Assembly: GCA_963777505.1 (NCBI GenBank)
Contig: CAVZQN010000003.1
Span: 128,001-192,000 of the forward strand
Source: an uncultured bacterium
GTDB taxonomy: Bacteria > Acidobacteriota > HRBIN11 > JAKEFK01
Length of the DNA: 64,000 nucleotides
Reading direction: 5' to 3'
The notes below the pieces were generated by a model. It had not been told where the DNA came from, did not search any database, and saw only the letters and a program-made list of their open reading frames with translations. A program made the position numbers and the translations under genes. Positions 1 through 10,471 of the stretch are shown here, one piece after another. Numbering within the stretch: position 1 is the stretch's first letter; each line of letters opens with the position of its first letter.

Positions 1-1
1 T

Positions 2-193
2 GCCGATCTCTTTGCATCTGCAGTCCGCGAATCATTAACAGATGTGGATGCAGCTTTCAGCCCTCGAACAAATACGCATGGTGTTCTTCCATATAAGCGA
101 TTTACAGGATTAAAAATAAATGGTTCTTCACTTCAGCAGTTGTTGGGAAACTGGTTTTTCGAAAGACCGGGACCGGTGAAGGAGGTTAGGTAA
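2..193 (+). CDS. Partial CDS (3' end only), probably the C-terminus of a pectinacetylesterase/Notum-family hydrolase
   Basis: Frame 2 is open from the window edge to TAA at 191-193 (ADLFASAVRESL...THGVL...INGSSLQQLLGNWFFERPG...). It resembles the PAE C-terminal signature 'H...I.(N/G).T/S....GDW(Y/F)FDR'. Not in the ORF track because no start codon is in the window. Confidence 0.5.
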   Translation, partial: ADLFASAVRESLTDVDAAFSPRTNTHGVLPYKRFTGLKINGSSLQQLLGNWFFERPGPVKEVR

Positions 194-246
194 GGGGTTC
201 GCTGGAGGAGTTATCTGAAAGGGCGAAATTGTGGTCACGTGAAAAT

Positions 247-294
247 GCAGGGGAGAAAGGGAGCAGGGGAGCAGGGGAGAAGGGGAGCAGGGGA
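247..294. repeat. Octamer tandem repeat (GCAGGGGA)x6, G-quadruplex-capable
   Basis: gcagggga|gaaaggga|gcagggga|gcagggga|gaagggga|gcagggga, located between convergent gene ends. Confidence 0.9.
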
Positions 295-302
295 GAAAAA
301 TG

Positions 303-866
303 CTACTCGTAGTTATCAAGAAGGGTGCGGAACGTGATTGAGTAACGCAGCGTTTTCACCGGCGGAATCGAGTGTTCCCAATTCGCGCGCACATCACCTT
401 CCATCACGTAAAGTGATCGCGGCTCCAAAGTGATTTTGAACGTTCTTTCTGGATCTATCTTCGGCCGAAATCTAAAAATACAGGATGAGGCAAGCGACAC
501 ACCAAAGACTAAGGGACCAAATTGAGTCATGTCACTGTGCCAGCCGATCGTCGCTCCTGGTGGATAACAAGTCACTACACATGCCACAAAATCTTCTGCC
601 AATACATTCGCTTTTTCTGCCGCAATCGCCCGAAGCTTTTTCAATTCCGGTGAAAGTGGTTGAACTCTATGATGTGTCCCTCCGATCGGTCCATAATCAT
701 GACCAAAACGTACGATCCCTCTCCTTGATGCCTGACCCCGCATTACATAAGGTTGAAAATCCAGTTTCCTGACGAAGGTTAGAAGTTCATTTTCTTGTTC
801 TTCGGTGATCGCATCCTCATAGTATCGAAATCCGGTGGTGGGTGGTGACTGAGTCATTGGTTCCAT
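303..866 (-). CDS. AlkB-family 2OG-Fe(II) dioxygenase
   Basis: Motifs YPPGATIGWHSD (HxD), WEHSI and RYSITFR. Start moved to ATG 866 (or 857) because the longer ORF overlaps the divergent gene. Confidence 0.9.
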   Translation of the reverse strand: MEPMTQSPPTTGFRYYEDAITEEQENELLTFVRKLDFQPYVMRGQASRRGIVRFGHDYGPIGGTHHRVQPLSPELKKLRAIAAEKANVLAEDFVACVVTCYPPGATIGWHSDMTQFGPLVFGVSLASSCIFRFRPKIDPERTFKITLEPRSLYVMEGDVRANWEHSIPPVKTLRYSITFRTLLDNYE

Positions 867-900
867 ATCTAATATAAGATTAAAGAAAGGGGGATTCTGA

Positions 901-1476
901 GTGTTCTTGAAGTTTAGCAAAGAGCGGGGAGCGCTTCGATGTCCTTTTTGCCGAGATCCAATTTATCCCGCGCCAAGTGTTATCCGTTGCTTAAAATGTA
1001 AGACTGTTCATCACGAAAAATGCTGGGAAGATCGTGGGAGTTGCAGCATTTATGGATGCAAAGGAACTCCGCAACTAGAGTTAACAGATCTTTTTTTTGT
1101 GGAGTTGTTTCAAAAACGCCGGAAAAAATTACGTAATTCAAAGTTTGTTGCTGCAATAACAGCTCTGATTGTATCGACCATTTTGTTTTTCGTGTTGAAG
1201 CCTGTTTTGCCAGTAGAAGGTCGACTTATTTTTTCGTTCGCCGTTATAATTTTTTTGAGTATCTTAACTGTCCTCGCTGGTTATGCTCAGTATTTATGTC
1301 CAGCATGTGGTCACCAACCTAGAGCAAGCCACAGTAGTCCGCTGCCGCAATCCCAATTTTCATTGTGGTGGTCTCTTTTTTGGGTGATGGGCAAAAAAAT
1401 GTCGGAAGGCGTTCCAGAACTACAATTAGATCCAAGCGAATGTCCGAATTGTCATATCCGTTTACGTGCGGCTTAA
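901..1476 (+). CDS. Membrane protein with N-terminal prokaryotic RING finger (Prok-RING_1-like), 2 TM helices and C-terminal CxxC...CxxC
   Basis: CPFC-x12-CLKC-xxx-HHEKCW-xxxxx-CSIYGC, two hydrophobic segments, CPAC...CPNC; purine-rich RBS before the GTG. Confidence 0.75.
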   Translation: MFLKFSKERGALRCPFCRDPIYPAPSVIRCLKCKTVHHEKCWEDRGSCSIYGCKGTPQLELTDLFFVELFQKRRKKLRNSKFVAAITALIVSTILFFVLKPVLPVEGRLIFSFAVIIFLSILTVLAGYAQYLCPACGHQPRASHSSPLPQSQFSLWWSLFWVMGKKMSEGVPELQLDPSECPNCHIRLRAA

Positions 1477-3594
1477 TATTCGCTGAGTTGTTTTCGCACG
1501 GCTTGAATGGAACGAATCCTTTGCTTCAATGCCTCTATATATATGGATGCTGTGGTAGTCGTGTTATCAGACTGTAAAGCAATCCCGGTGAAAAGGTTTC
1601 GATCGGTAATTTGTCCATTCAGTCCAGAGGGATGATAGAAATCCCGAGCAATGCGATAGATCATTTGATTCATTTTTACGAGCTGCCCTTTGTTGGTTTT
1701 CTTTCTTGCCGGTCTTCCTAAAGCTTCTTTCTCATCATTAAGAAGATTTTTTGCCTCTTGTTCCCATTGATCTATCAGAGCGAGAGCTTCTTGAATTTTC
1801 AGGCTTTCATGATCGGTTTCTTTTGTACTTTGCTGTAAATCTCGATATGCCAGACGCCAATAACGAGCTTCTGTTGCGTAGTCCAATGGAACCAGATCCG
1901 CATTTGCAAGCCGCAATCCAACGATTCCCTGCAATTCGGTCATCAACTTGTGATACTCAAATGTTGGATCAACAACGGTCTTCATCCAATGAAAATTTTC
2001 GTAGATTGAATGATACATTCCATAGTCTGCGCCGTAATACATATCGGACGCCGGAAGCGCGAGGAAATTAAAAAACGGTGCGGCATCATCATAAGGCGTT
2101 TCGAAAAGATAAGGTTCTGTTAGTGGTTTTTCTGGATCGAAATAATCACCCCAACCATCAACGCCGGGGACTTTTCGATATGCATTTTGCATATCGGTCC
2201 AACTTTCAAAAAGGCTTCGTTTGCTTTTCGGATCTTGTATATCGCGGCTTGCTGCGCGGAACAGACTGTGCAACACGGGATGAGCGCTAACACTCAGCGG
2301 ACGATCGTGTGTTGAAGACTGCAGAATCCATATTGATATACGCGACGGCTTTTTCTAATAAATCCTTCGTACGATCCTCAACGAATTCTGTGCTGCCACC
2401 GTAAAGCATTTCTTCGGCATCCCAAAAAGTTAGAATCACAGTTCGTTTTGGCCGCGATCCTTCTTTTGCTAACTTGCCAAGCGCTTCAGCAAATGTAAGT
2501 AAAGCTGCAGTTCCACTGGATGGATCCCCAGCGCCAAAAATCCACGCATCATGATGATTGCCAAGGATTACCCATTGATCCGGATCTTTATTCCCCTTTA
2601 ATCGCGCGATCACATTCCACATCGGCCGATCGCGATTATCCATGACTGTTTTTAAATAAACTTCGGCGGGTCCTGGACCTACTTTGTACGTTAAACCAAG
2701 AGCACCTTGCCAATCATAAGGTGCGACAGTTCCACTTAAATGACTGAGGATGCGTTCGGCTGTGCGATACGAAATTGGAAGCACTGGTATTTTTGGCAAT
2801 GCAACATCTTCAGGACGCTTTCGCTTTGCTCCTTTAACGGAAGCAATTCCAGGACTCAGTGGATCACCCGAATAAGGTAATGAGATAATTGAACGCCGCA
2901 TGATACTTCCGGGCGGTCTCCAATTTCCTTTTGGATACACATCACCAAACTTGAATCCATCTTCTGCGGGATCTGAATAAAGAACGACTGCCGCTGCTCC
3001 CGCTTCCTCGGCATTTCGAACTTTTTGCCCTTCCCCGGTGCCGAAATAACGCATCAATAAAATTTTGCCTTTCAGATCGATGCCGAGTTTTTGAAGGGTT
3101 TGAATATCTGAATTTGAGCCGTGATGCGCATAAACAATCTGTCCTTTTGCTTCGCCGGAGGGAGAAAATCCATTCCAGCCAGGATGATCATTCACAAATT
3201 CAGTAAAAGGATCTCCATCGATTTTTTCTTCGACTACTGGCAATTTTTCTTCAACAGGCTTGATCAAACGAATTTCGGTAGAAACTGGCGCAGGTAGAAA
3301 GCCTTCATAACGAACCATTTCCACATCGAAGCCATATGCTTTTAGATTCCGCAATATGTAATCAGCCGTTTTCTTGGCGCCTTCGCTGCCAGCACGGTGA
3401 GGAAAGCTGGTGAGCCATTCCAAATGTTTTTCAATTTGTGCGGGAGATATCTTGTCCTTAAGTCGTTTTTCAAACTGCAACTGGATTCGTGAATTCTCTG
3501 GCGAAAAACCATCCAGCGTCTTTGAGTCTTCTCCAAAGGCAGGAGTTAAATAGAACAATATGGAAAGAGTGATCCATACGTAGTTGTATTTCAT
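1473..3594 (-). pseudogene. M28 peptidase (glutamate carboxypeptidase II/transferrin-receptor-like, PA domain) split by a frameshift near 2307-2313
   Basis: ORF 2287-3594 has a signal peptide, PA domain, HHDAW..GAGDPSSG, WDAEE and NMD. ORF 1473-2276 continues the fold (YHSIYE, dimerisation-like domain). Removing one base in aacacac gives FNTDRPLSVSAHPVLHSLF. Confidence 0.85.
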
Positions 3595-4307
3595 TTAATG
3601 GTGGCTTGGAAGAGTTTTTCATAGCCATCTGCCAGATCCAACAGAGCTTGTTTGCCATTTCCTTGAAATGCAGGACCGTGCATCAATGCCAGAGTTGTTG
3701 GTGCAAATTCTGCCAATCGTCGCATCGTTGGTGCAGTGTTACTTGAAAGTACACTTGCGCGATACAGTTCTTCTGTTTTAAATGCTGGACCAATTAAATC
3801 TGCGTCTGTGATTGCGACCGTGTCGCCTGTTTGAGTAAAAAGATCACCACATAAAAGAGTTTGTGTGGTTTCTTCGAAAAGAAGACCTGCATCCCAGCCA
3901 TGTGGAACATGCGGAGTATAAATATATCGAACTTTTTTTCCGCCTAAATCAATCACATCTCCATCCTGCAAGGGTCGAGGTTCTCTTAGTGCAAGATCTG
4001 CAACAGACACCATACATCCGATTTCACCAAAAGCGACACGAGATTGTGGAGCAGCTTCAAGCCAGTTATTCATAGCGCCGCATTCATCGGCTTCTACATG
4101 TCCAAAAGAGATCCAGCGCAGCCGGTCAACAGGCATAACCTGCGTAACAGCGGCAGATACTAAAGGGAACAACTTGAGCAACCCGCAATGAAATAAAAGC
4201 GGCTCTTCCGCATCAATTAAATATTGATTGAATCGAAGATCTGCCGGCTCAATATATGTGGATAAGCGATAAATTTTGTTCGCAATTTCAGTGACTGTAG
4301 TATTCAA
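3591..4307 (-). CDS. Metallo-beta-lactamase-fold protein (FprA/ODP-like)
   Basis: Motifs GHVEADEC, TPHVPH, CGDLF, MHG; stop overlaps the M28 start. Confidence 0.85.
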   Translation of the reverse strand: MNTTVTEIANKIYRLSTYIEPADLRFNQYLIDAEEPLLFHCGLLKLFPLVSAAVTQVMPVDRLRWISFGHVEADECGAMNNWLEAAPQSRVAFGEIGCMVSVADLALREPRPLQDGDVIDLGGKKVRYIYTPHVPHGWDAGLLFEETTQTLLCGDLFTQTGDTVAITDADLIGPAFKTEELYRASVLSSNTAPTMRRLAEFAPTTLALMHGPAFQGNGKQALLDLADGYEKLFQATIK

Positions 4308-4334
4308 ATAACCTCCAGAAGAGAATATTCAGTG

Positions 4335-4937
4335 CTATTCCAATTCCGATAAAATGACAACGGCTCTACGGATCGCCATCTTACTTGCATCTTCATACAA
4401 ACGATCGAAATTGGCCATATCAACTGAGGCTGATCCTTCCATTGGGCCTGGGCCGGGAGCCATAAGCCCGTCTCCTTCGGTCTGAAAACTTTTTATCGAT
4501 TTTCCTTTTTCGAGGTCAACAAGCTCAAAGTAGAATGCAACGAATACACCTGAAGCCGCTTTGGTCGTCTTACGTTGAGTAATCTCTCCCCCTGTTACAG
4601 TATTTACAGTGGATTGCCATTTCATAAGCGATCCATAAAGCCCATATTTTGCAGGGATTTCTCGAAGTTGCGATTCAGCCTCTTCGTTTAATCGTTCATC
4701 CTGCCATTCAGCATTTTTTACTATTTTTTGTACTGCCTTCCGATCTACAGGTTCAAATCGATCGTACTTTTTCAGATCGGTTGACATCCATGCAGCTAGA
4801 TCAGTTCCATTAAAATGAAGAGCTGATTCACTTCTATTCTTAAACTCAATAACAGCAATCGTTTCTTTTTCTGCTGCACTAAGATTGAAAGCGAACACTA
4901 GCAAAAATAGAACACAGAGTATTTTTGTAAATTGCAT
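4335..4937 (-). CDS. Exported protein with CsgG/HfaB-like (TolB-N-like) domain
   Basis: Signal peptide, TIAVIEFKNRS, RFEPVDR, ELVDLEKG; start set at MQF (4937). Confidence 0.6.
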   Translation of the reverse strand: MQFTKILCVLFLLVFAFNLSAAEKETIAVIEFKNRSESALHFNGTDLAAWMSTDLKKYDRFEPVDRKAVQKIVKNAEWQDERLNEEAESQLREIPAKYGLYGSLMKWQSTVNTVTGGEITQRKTTKAASGVFVAFYFELVDLEKGKSIKSFQTEGDGLMAPGPGPMEGSASVDMANFDRLYEDASKMAIRRAVVILSELE

Positions 4938-4989
4938 AGATTTCTCTCGTCTCAAATGGTACTAATGAATTCTATTTTTCGCAATCGGA

Positions 4990-5649
4990 TCAAAGCGATG
5001 ATTTCTTAATTTCTGGAACATCGACGGCTTTGATTCCTGTGTATGGATTTTCAATGCTTATCACTAATGAAGCAATCATCTGTTTCAGTGTGACCAGTCC
5101 TAGCCGTCGCGCGGATTCTTTTGTAGAGGGCACTCGTTCAAGAATCCAATAGAAGGGGATAAGCATATATGCCCAGCGATGACCTGGGCCGAGAACATAC
5201 CATGGACGTAAAAATGTTGCGTTCAATCCGGAGTCACGAATGTGTTGCTCGGCTTCCATTCGCGTTTGCACATAAACTTTCATAACAGAAGCCGGATGTG
5301 CAACACTCAGATAAACAAAATGCTGAATTCCGGAAGCTGTCGCAGCCGCAACCGAAGCCTTCGCTGCAGGTAAATCGATAGTCCGGAAAAGCTCTGCTTT
5401 AGATGGACTCGGATGTGCGACACCTACTAAATGAACAAAAGTGTCTGCCGGTTGAATCGCTTCTTTATAAGTTGATTCGTTTAAGGCATCACCAGAAACA
5501 ATTCTGCATCCGGGATAAACTTTTGCTTCAGAGCCTTTGCGAACGAGCACTGCAACTTCATGCCCTCTCTCCAAAAGAATCGGAATCAGATGGCTTCCAA
5601 GATAGCCGGTACCGCCGGCAATGAAGACTTTTCTGACTTTTGTAGTCAT
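4990..5649 (-). CDS. NAD(P)-binding atypical SDR (NDUFA9/NmrA-like)
   Basis: Motifs IAGGTGYLG, HFVYLS, TFLRPWYVLG. Confidence 0.85.
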   Translation of the reverse strand: MTTKVRKVFIAGGTGYLGSHLIPILLERGHEVAVLVRKGSEAKVYPGCRIVSGDALNESTYKEAIQPADTFVHLVGVAHPSPSKAELFRTIDLPAAKASVAAATASGIQHFVYLSVAHPASVMKVYVQTRMEAEQHIRDSGLNATFLRPWYVLGPGHRWAYMLIPFYWILERVPSTKESARRLGLVTLKQMIASLVISIENPYTGIKAVDVPEIKKSSL

Positions 5650-5672
5650 ATCAGTCTTCGGAATATTATCAT

Positions 5673-5712
5673 GCAGAGGAGCGGAGGAGCCGAGGGGCTG
5701 GGGAGCAAAGGG
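5673..5712. repeat. Degenerate octamer tandem repeat (GCAGGGGA family)
   Basis: gcagagga|gcggagga|gccgaggg|gctgggga|gcaaaggg. Confidence 0.7.
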
Positions 5713-5715
5713 ACA

Positions 5716-5755
5716 GTGTTCGTTTGCGGGACGTTATTGTCGCGGGTGCGAACAC
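5716..5755 (+). promoter_or_regulatory. Putative upstream activator sequence pair for a sigma54 enhancer-binding protein
   Basis: Inverted pair GTGTTCGTTTGCGGGAC / GTCGCGGGTGCGAACAC, ~50 bp upstream of a -24/-12 element; a similar pair is at 57095-57132. Confidence 0.55.
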
Positions 5756-5804
5756 AAATTTTCATAAGGGAAATACTCATCGTCGAAAAGATTAGGAGCA
5801 TACT

Positions 5805-5820
5805 CGGCACGAACATTGCT
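5805..5820 (+). promoter_or_regulatory. Sigma54 -24/-12 promoter
   Basis: CGGCAC-GAACA-TTGCT with exact GG-N10-GC spacing, upstream of GGAG and ATG 5847. Confidence 0.75.
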
Positions 5821-5846
5821 TTATACGACGGAACTGGAGTTTTTGG

Positions 5847-8273
5847 ATGAAGACTTTTTTGAATGATCTCCGTTATGCTTTCCGGCTTTTGTTGAAGAGT
5901 CGCGCGTTTACGATTGGAGCTTTGCTTGCGTTGGCGCTTGGAATCGGCGCAAATACCGCTATTTTTAGCGTCCTATATGCAACTTTAATTAAGCCTTTGC
6001 CTTATCAGAATCCGGACAGAATTGTATTGGTTTGGGAAAGTAGTCCGAACGACGCAGATGATGAAAATGTAGCGAATCCCGCGAATTACGCCGACTGGCG
6101 CGAGCAGAACAAAGTATTTACAGATATTGCTGCAACTGTAGATAATTGGGGCCACATAACTTCACATGGAGATCCTGAAGAAGTACCCATCCAATTTGCA
6201 ACTCCAAATCTCTTTTCGGTTCTAGGCGCAAAAGCATTTCTCGGACGAACGTTTACTACACAGGATGAAAAAGCTGGCGAGCCTTTAGCCGTTTTAAGTT
6301 ACGGACTTTGGCTTCGCAGGTTTGGCGGCAATCGTGAAATCATTGGCGACACGATTATGCTTCGTGCAAGAAAAACAAAAGTAATTGGCGTGATGCCTCC
6401 CGATTTCAAATGGTTTATTAAGAAAGGTTCATTTACAGCAAAAGCAGCCGAGATCTGGATTCCATATCCAATTACATCTGAATTGAGAGTCAGACAAGGA
6501 CGTTACCTCACTCCTGTCGCGCGATTGAAAGATGGAGTTACTGTAGAACAAGCTCAATCGGAAATGAAAGTTATTGCGGCAAGGCTCGCACAGCAATATC
6601 CAGACTTCAATGCAAAGTGGGGAGCGAGCGTTACTCCGGTTCGTGAGCAGATTGCAGGATCAATCCGCAAGGCGCTTTATGTTTTGATGGCTGCAGTCGG
6701 ATTTGTATTGCTGATTGCCTGCGGAAATGTTGCAAATCTAATTATGGTCCGCGCTGTTTCGCGAAGTCGCGAGATTGCAGTCCGTTCAGCGTTAGGTGCA
6801 GGACGTTGGCACATCATCAGACAGTTGCTGATTGAAAGTGGGTTGCTTGCTTTTCTTGGCGGGGCTGCGGGTTTACTTCTTGCGTATTGGGCTCTTCAAG
6901 CGATGCAATCGTTTCGCCCTGTGTATGGAATCGAATTTGGAGCGGTCAAGATTAATTCTGTAGTTTTGTTGTATACGCTTGCAGTTTCGGTGCTGACCGC
7001 GTTTATTTTTGGGCTTTTACCAGCACTGCAAGCAACACGTTGGAATCTTCAGGAACAATTAAAAGAATCGTCACGTGGAGTTCACCTTGGCTCTTCTACA
7101 ACACGCAACTCATTTGTTGTCGCTGAAGTAGCTCTCGCATTAATTCTTTTAATTGGTGCTGGCTTGCTCATCCGAAGTTTTGTAAATCTTCTTAATGTAA
7201 ATCCGGGGTTCAATCCAAAAAATGTTTTAACTGTGAGGGTTCTTTTGCCCCGCTTGAGATATCCGGAAGAGCATCAAATCATTCAGTATTTTGATCAAGC
7301 AATTCAGCGCGTTCAATCTTTGCCCAATGTGCAGTCAGCTGGTGCGACTACTTTTCTCCCTTTTGCGGGGCCAGCCTCAGGCACAAACTTTTTTATTGAA
7401 GGAAGACCAGACCCGCCACCAGGCCAGGACAACGTTACGGAAGTGCACATCACGGACGCCAATTTTTTTAAGACCATGCAAATTCCTTTAAAACGCGGCC
7501 GGTTTTATACGCATTCCGAAGTTTTGGAATCCAGAAAAGTCGTGCTTGTCAATGAGGCTCTGGTGCGGAAATATTTTCCAAATGAAGATCCAATTGGACG
7601 GCGGCTAACAATTAATATGAAGGATCCGAATGTACCTACGGAAATTATCGGAATTATTGCCGATGTGAAACACGATAATCTTGAAAACGAAATCGGCCCG
7701 GCTATTTATTGGCCTCTTTCAGAACTTCCAATGGGTTTTATGACCCTGGTCATTCGCATGAAGGGAAATGCGCTTTCAGCCGTTCCCGATGTGTACAAAA
7801 CACTTCGCCCGATCGATCCACAACTGGCATTCAGTGAATTTCGTACATTGGAAGAAGCAATGGGTGATACCTATGCCAAAAATCAGTTCAACATGGTTTT
7901 GCTATTTATCCTGGCGTTTGTAGCTGTTGCGCTTGCCATCATTGGAATTTATGGAGTCATGTCCCATTCAGTTGCTCAACGAACACAAGAAATGGGAATT
8001 AGAATGGCACTCGGCGCGCGTGCGGAAGATGTATTGAAATTGATACTCAAACAAGGTGGGAAACTGATTTTCATTGGAACCCTGATTGGACTTGCTGGTG
8101 GACTTGCTGTAACTACTTTGATGGAAAGCTTGTTGTTTGGAACCAGTACAACGGATCCAAAAACGTTCCTTTTTGTGTCTCTGACTATTGTGCTCGTGGC
8201 ACTTGCTGCTTGTTGGATTCCAGCCAGACGCGCATCCAAAGTCGATCCTATGACCGCTCTTCACTACGAGTGA
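5847..8273 (+). CDS. ADOP-family (duplicated MacB/FtsX) ABC transporter permease
   Basis: DLRYAFRLL..., [52 protein letters not shown]; 808 aa. Confidence 0.95.
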   Translation: MKTFLNDLRYAFRLLLKSRAFTIGALLALALGIGANTAIFSVLYATLIKPLPYQNPDRIVLVWESSPNDADDENVANPANYADWREQNKVFTDIAATVDNWGHITSHGDPEEVPIQFATPNLFSVLGAKAFLGRTFTTQDEKAGEPLAVLSYGLWLRRFGGNREIIGDTIMLRARKTKVIGVMPPDFKWFIKKGSFTAKAAEIWIPYPITSELRVRQGRYLTPVARLKDGVTVEQAQSEMKVIAARLAQQYPDFNAKWGASVTPVREQIAGSIRKALYVLMAAVGFVLLIACGNVANLIMVRAVSRSREIAVRSALGAGRWHIIRQLLIESGLLAFLGGAAGLLLAYWALQAMQSFRPVYGIEFGAVKINSVVLLYTLAVSVLTAFIFGLLPALQATRWNLQEQLKESSRGVHLGSSTTRNSFVVAEVALALILLIGAGLLIRSFVNLLNVNPGFNPKNVLTVRVLLPRLRYPEEHQIIQYFDQAIQRVQSLPNVQSAGATTFLPFAGPASGTNFFIEGRPDPPPGQDNVTEVHITDANFFKTMQIPLKRGRFYTHSEVLESRKVVLVNEALVRKYFPNEDPIGRRLTINMKDPNVPTEIIGIIADVKHDNLENEIGPAIYWPLSELPMGFMTLVIRMKGNALSAVPDVYKTLRPIDPQLAFSEFRTLEEAMGDTYAKNQFNMVLLFILAFVAVALAIIGIYGVMSHSVAQRTQEMGIRMALGARAEDVLKLILKQGGKLIFIGTLIGLAGGLAVTTLMESLLFGTSTTDPKTFLFVSLTIVLVALAACWIPARRASKVDPMTALHYE

Positions 8274-8279
8274 ATCTTT

Positions 8280-8299
8280 TTCACCGCAAAGACACGAAA
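8280..8299. repeat. Nonamer-family repeat (TTCACCGCAAAGACACGAAA)
   Basis: Matches the units at 9931, 22038, 28681, 40181, 48140 and 50461. Confidence 0.7.
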
Positions 8300-8473
8300 T
8301 TATTTGCCCGTACGTTGCGCCAAAAAAATCACCGGGTTCCAGGATGGTGGATTATCCGCGTTTGCAGTACGCAATCCTGCTAAAAAATTTGCACGAATCA
8401 ATTTGATTCCTGAATACCATTCCAAGACTGTTGCTATTTTCATTATCATTTTCCTCAATGCAGTCTTCATCAT
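8300..8473 (-). CDS. Possible small protein (57 aa), unknown function
   Basis: MMKTALRKMIMKIATVLEWYSGIKLIRANFLAGLRTANADNPPSWNPVIFLAQRTGK*. It fills the gap and its stop abuts the repeat, as at other convergent junctions. The RBS is weak. Confidence 0.35.
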   Translation of the reverse strand: MMKTALRKMIMKIATVLEWYSGIKLIRANFLAGLRTANADNPPSWNPVIFLAQRTGK

Positions 8474-8498
8474 TATAATGAGTCCTGCAGGAGATTAA

Positions 8499-8969
8499 AT
8501 GTCCGAACCCGGTACCGGTATGTCCAGTTTTTTAAAGGCAGCGATCGTGGTCATGATTGGATTCACTTTTTTTGGAACCATTCTATTGATTGCTGGATGG
8601 TACTGGTGGCGAAGTAATCAGAAAGGGATTATGCAAACTTCAACAAAGGCGAGACAAGAGGGAATGAAAATTGGGGAGAATCTTAATGAGCAGCAGTGTT
8701 TTGATACGTCAATTAAACGGACATCGGAAGGAGTTGGATTTACAGATATGATTTCGAATGGAGTTTTTCTCGGTGCTTGTTTGGAAAGCAGCAAACCCGT
8801 TGAAGGCTTTTGCAAGGATGTTCCAACTGAAACGGAATTTGTCCGCAGTATTCAGTGGCGCAAAAACAGGTGCAAAGAAATAAAACTTGAGCAAAATCAA
8901 TGTTCTGCATTGCTCAGCGTTGTTCAACGTTATTGTCATGAAGACCGGAAACGTCTCGGTAAGACATAA
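8499..8969 (+). CDS. Hypothetical single-TM protein with a six-cysteine extracytoplasmic domain
   Basis: AGGAG RBS, N-terminal TM helix, 6 Cys. Confidence 0.75.
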   Translation: MSEPGTGMSSFLKAAIVVMIGFTFFGTILLIAGWYWWRSNQKGIMQTSTKARQEGMKIGENLNEQQCFDTSIKRTSEGVGFTDMISNGVFLGACLESSKPVEGFCKDVPTETEFVRSIQWRKNRCKEIKLEQNQCSALLSVVQRYCHEDRKRLGKT

Positions 8970-9051
8970 TTGGGCCCAAGTCTGACAGGGCAAGCCCAAG
9001 TTTCTGATATATATTACGAGAAAGTATGGAAGTGCGTGGAGGAAATCGACT

Positions 9052-9930
9052 ATGAGATGGGAACGCGGTAGGCGCAGTGAGAATGTTGAAGACCGAAGGG
9101 GAATGGGTGGAATGGGCGGTGGAGGTTTCAAGCTTGGAGGATGTGGCCTCATATTACTAATAGCAATTGCTTTATTAACCAAGACAAATCCACTGCAGTT
9201 ATTAAGTCAAATCTTAAATCAGCAACCAGCGCCGCCCCAAAGTGGTCCCCAACAGATACCCGCAAACCCCGGAGAACCCCAGGCTTACGATGAGGAAAAG
9301 GAATTTGTCGCAAGCGTTTTAGGGGATCTGGAAGATACGTGGAGTAAGGTTTTTGCGCAAATGAATCGTACCTACGAGCCGGCAACTCTTGTTCTTTTTG
9401 AGCAAGCAACTCAATCAGGATGCGGATTTGGTTCCGCAGCAGTTGGGCCTTTTTACTGTCCTTTAGATAGAAAAGTTTATATCGATCTCGTTTTCTTCCG
9501 ACAGTTACATGAACGATTTGGAGCGCCAGGAGACTTTGCGCGAGCCTATGTTATTGCACATGAAGTAGGTCATCATGTTCAAAACCTGCTAGGAATTTCC
9601 AGTCAGGTTCAGGACTTGCAGCAGCGGGGCCCACAAGAGGATGCTAATTCGCTTTCGGTGCGATTAGAGTTACAAGCCGATTGTTTCGCAGGCGTTTGGG
9701 GCTTTCATTATGACAAATCAAAGAATCTACTGGAACCCGGTGATTTTGAGGAAGGACTTTCAGCAGCCGCAGCGGTCGGGGATGATAGAATCCAACAGGA
9801 CGCAGGTGGGTCCGTATCTCCTGAATCATGGACTCATGGATCTTCTGAAATGCGGAAACGATGGTTTGTTCAAGGATTTCAATCCGGACAGGTGAACAAC
9901 TGCAATACGTTCGAGACAAACCGGCTTTAG
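9052..9930 (+). CDS. ypfJ: Neutral zinc metallopeptidase (YpfJ family)
   Basis: RRSENVEDRRG, GPFYCP, AHEVGHHVQ, ELQADCFAG, WTHGSS. Confidence 0.9.
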   Translation: MRWERGRRSENVEDRRGMGGMGGGGFKLGGCGLILLIAIALLTKTNPLQLLSQILNQQPAPPQSGPQQIPANPGEPQAYDEEKEFVASVLGDLEDTWSKVFAQMNRTYEPATLVLFEQATQSGCGFGSAAVGPFYCPLDRKVYIDLVFFRQLHERFGAPGDFARAYVIAHEVGHHVQNLLGISSQVQDLQQRGPQEDANSLSVRLELQADCFAGVWGFHYDKSKNLLEPGDFEEGLSAAAAVGDDRIQQDAGGSVSPESWTHGSSEMRKRWFVQGFQSGQVNNCNTFETNRL

Positions 9931-9950
9931 TTAACCGCAAAGACTCAGAG
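9931..9950. repeat. Nonamer-family repeat exactly filling a convergent gap
   Basis: TTAACCGCAAAGACTCAGAG lies between the stops ending at 9930 and 9951. Confidence 0.8.
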
Positions 9951-10328
9951 TTATTCCTGAATTCTTCGATCCATCCTACGAAGGCGCTTTGCAAGGATCC
10001 GCATCATTTTTAATGCAAAAAACGGTGTCTGCTCAACCAGAAAACTAAACCGGTTTTCATCAATAATCGCTAATTTACAATCCGTGCGTGCAATGGCTGT
10101 TGCTGTACGCACATCCTTTTCAATCAATGCCATTTCACCAAACATTCCACAGGCTTCAACCGTTTCAACATGATCCCCATTTATATACAAGTCTACCTGG
10201 CCTTCAACAACTACATACATATAATCGCGAGGTTGACCGCTTTTAAACAATACAGTTCCTGCAGGATAAGACACACAACTATCATCTTTATCAAAAAGGT
10301 GAATCGTTGCATCGATTTCTTTTTCCAT
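9951..10328 (-). CDS. Stand-alone cyclic-nucleotide-binding domain protein
   Basis: MYVVVEGQV, MFGEMALI...RTATAIA; no HTH domain. Confidence 0.9.
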   Translation of the reverse strand: MEKEIDATIHLFDKDDSCVSYPAGTVLFKSGQPRDYMYVVVEGQVDLYINGDHVETVEACGMFGEMALIEKDVRTATAIARTDCKLAIIDENRFSFLVEQTPFFALKMMRILAKRLRRMDRRIQE

Positions 10329-10471
10329 CCGTTTTCTCCTGAGGGAATTCGAGCACTATGATATTCAAAATATATTTCGTGATTGTTACAGGCAGGTTAA
10401 TTTATTTATGTATGTAAAAACTAATAGGCAGCGCGGACACTCGGCGTACTCGGGTTTTAAAAAATGGTTTT

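Noticed and set aside
128-319. 63-aa ORF (and likewise 37037-37267)
   Set aside because: The Pro/Ser/Leu-rich text is the antisense reading of the GCAGGGGA repeat, and the ORFs overlap real genes.
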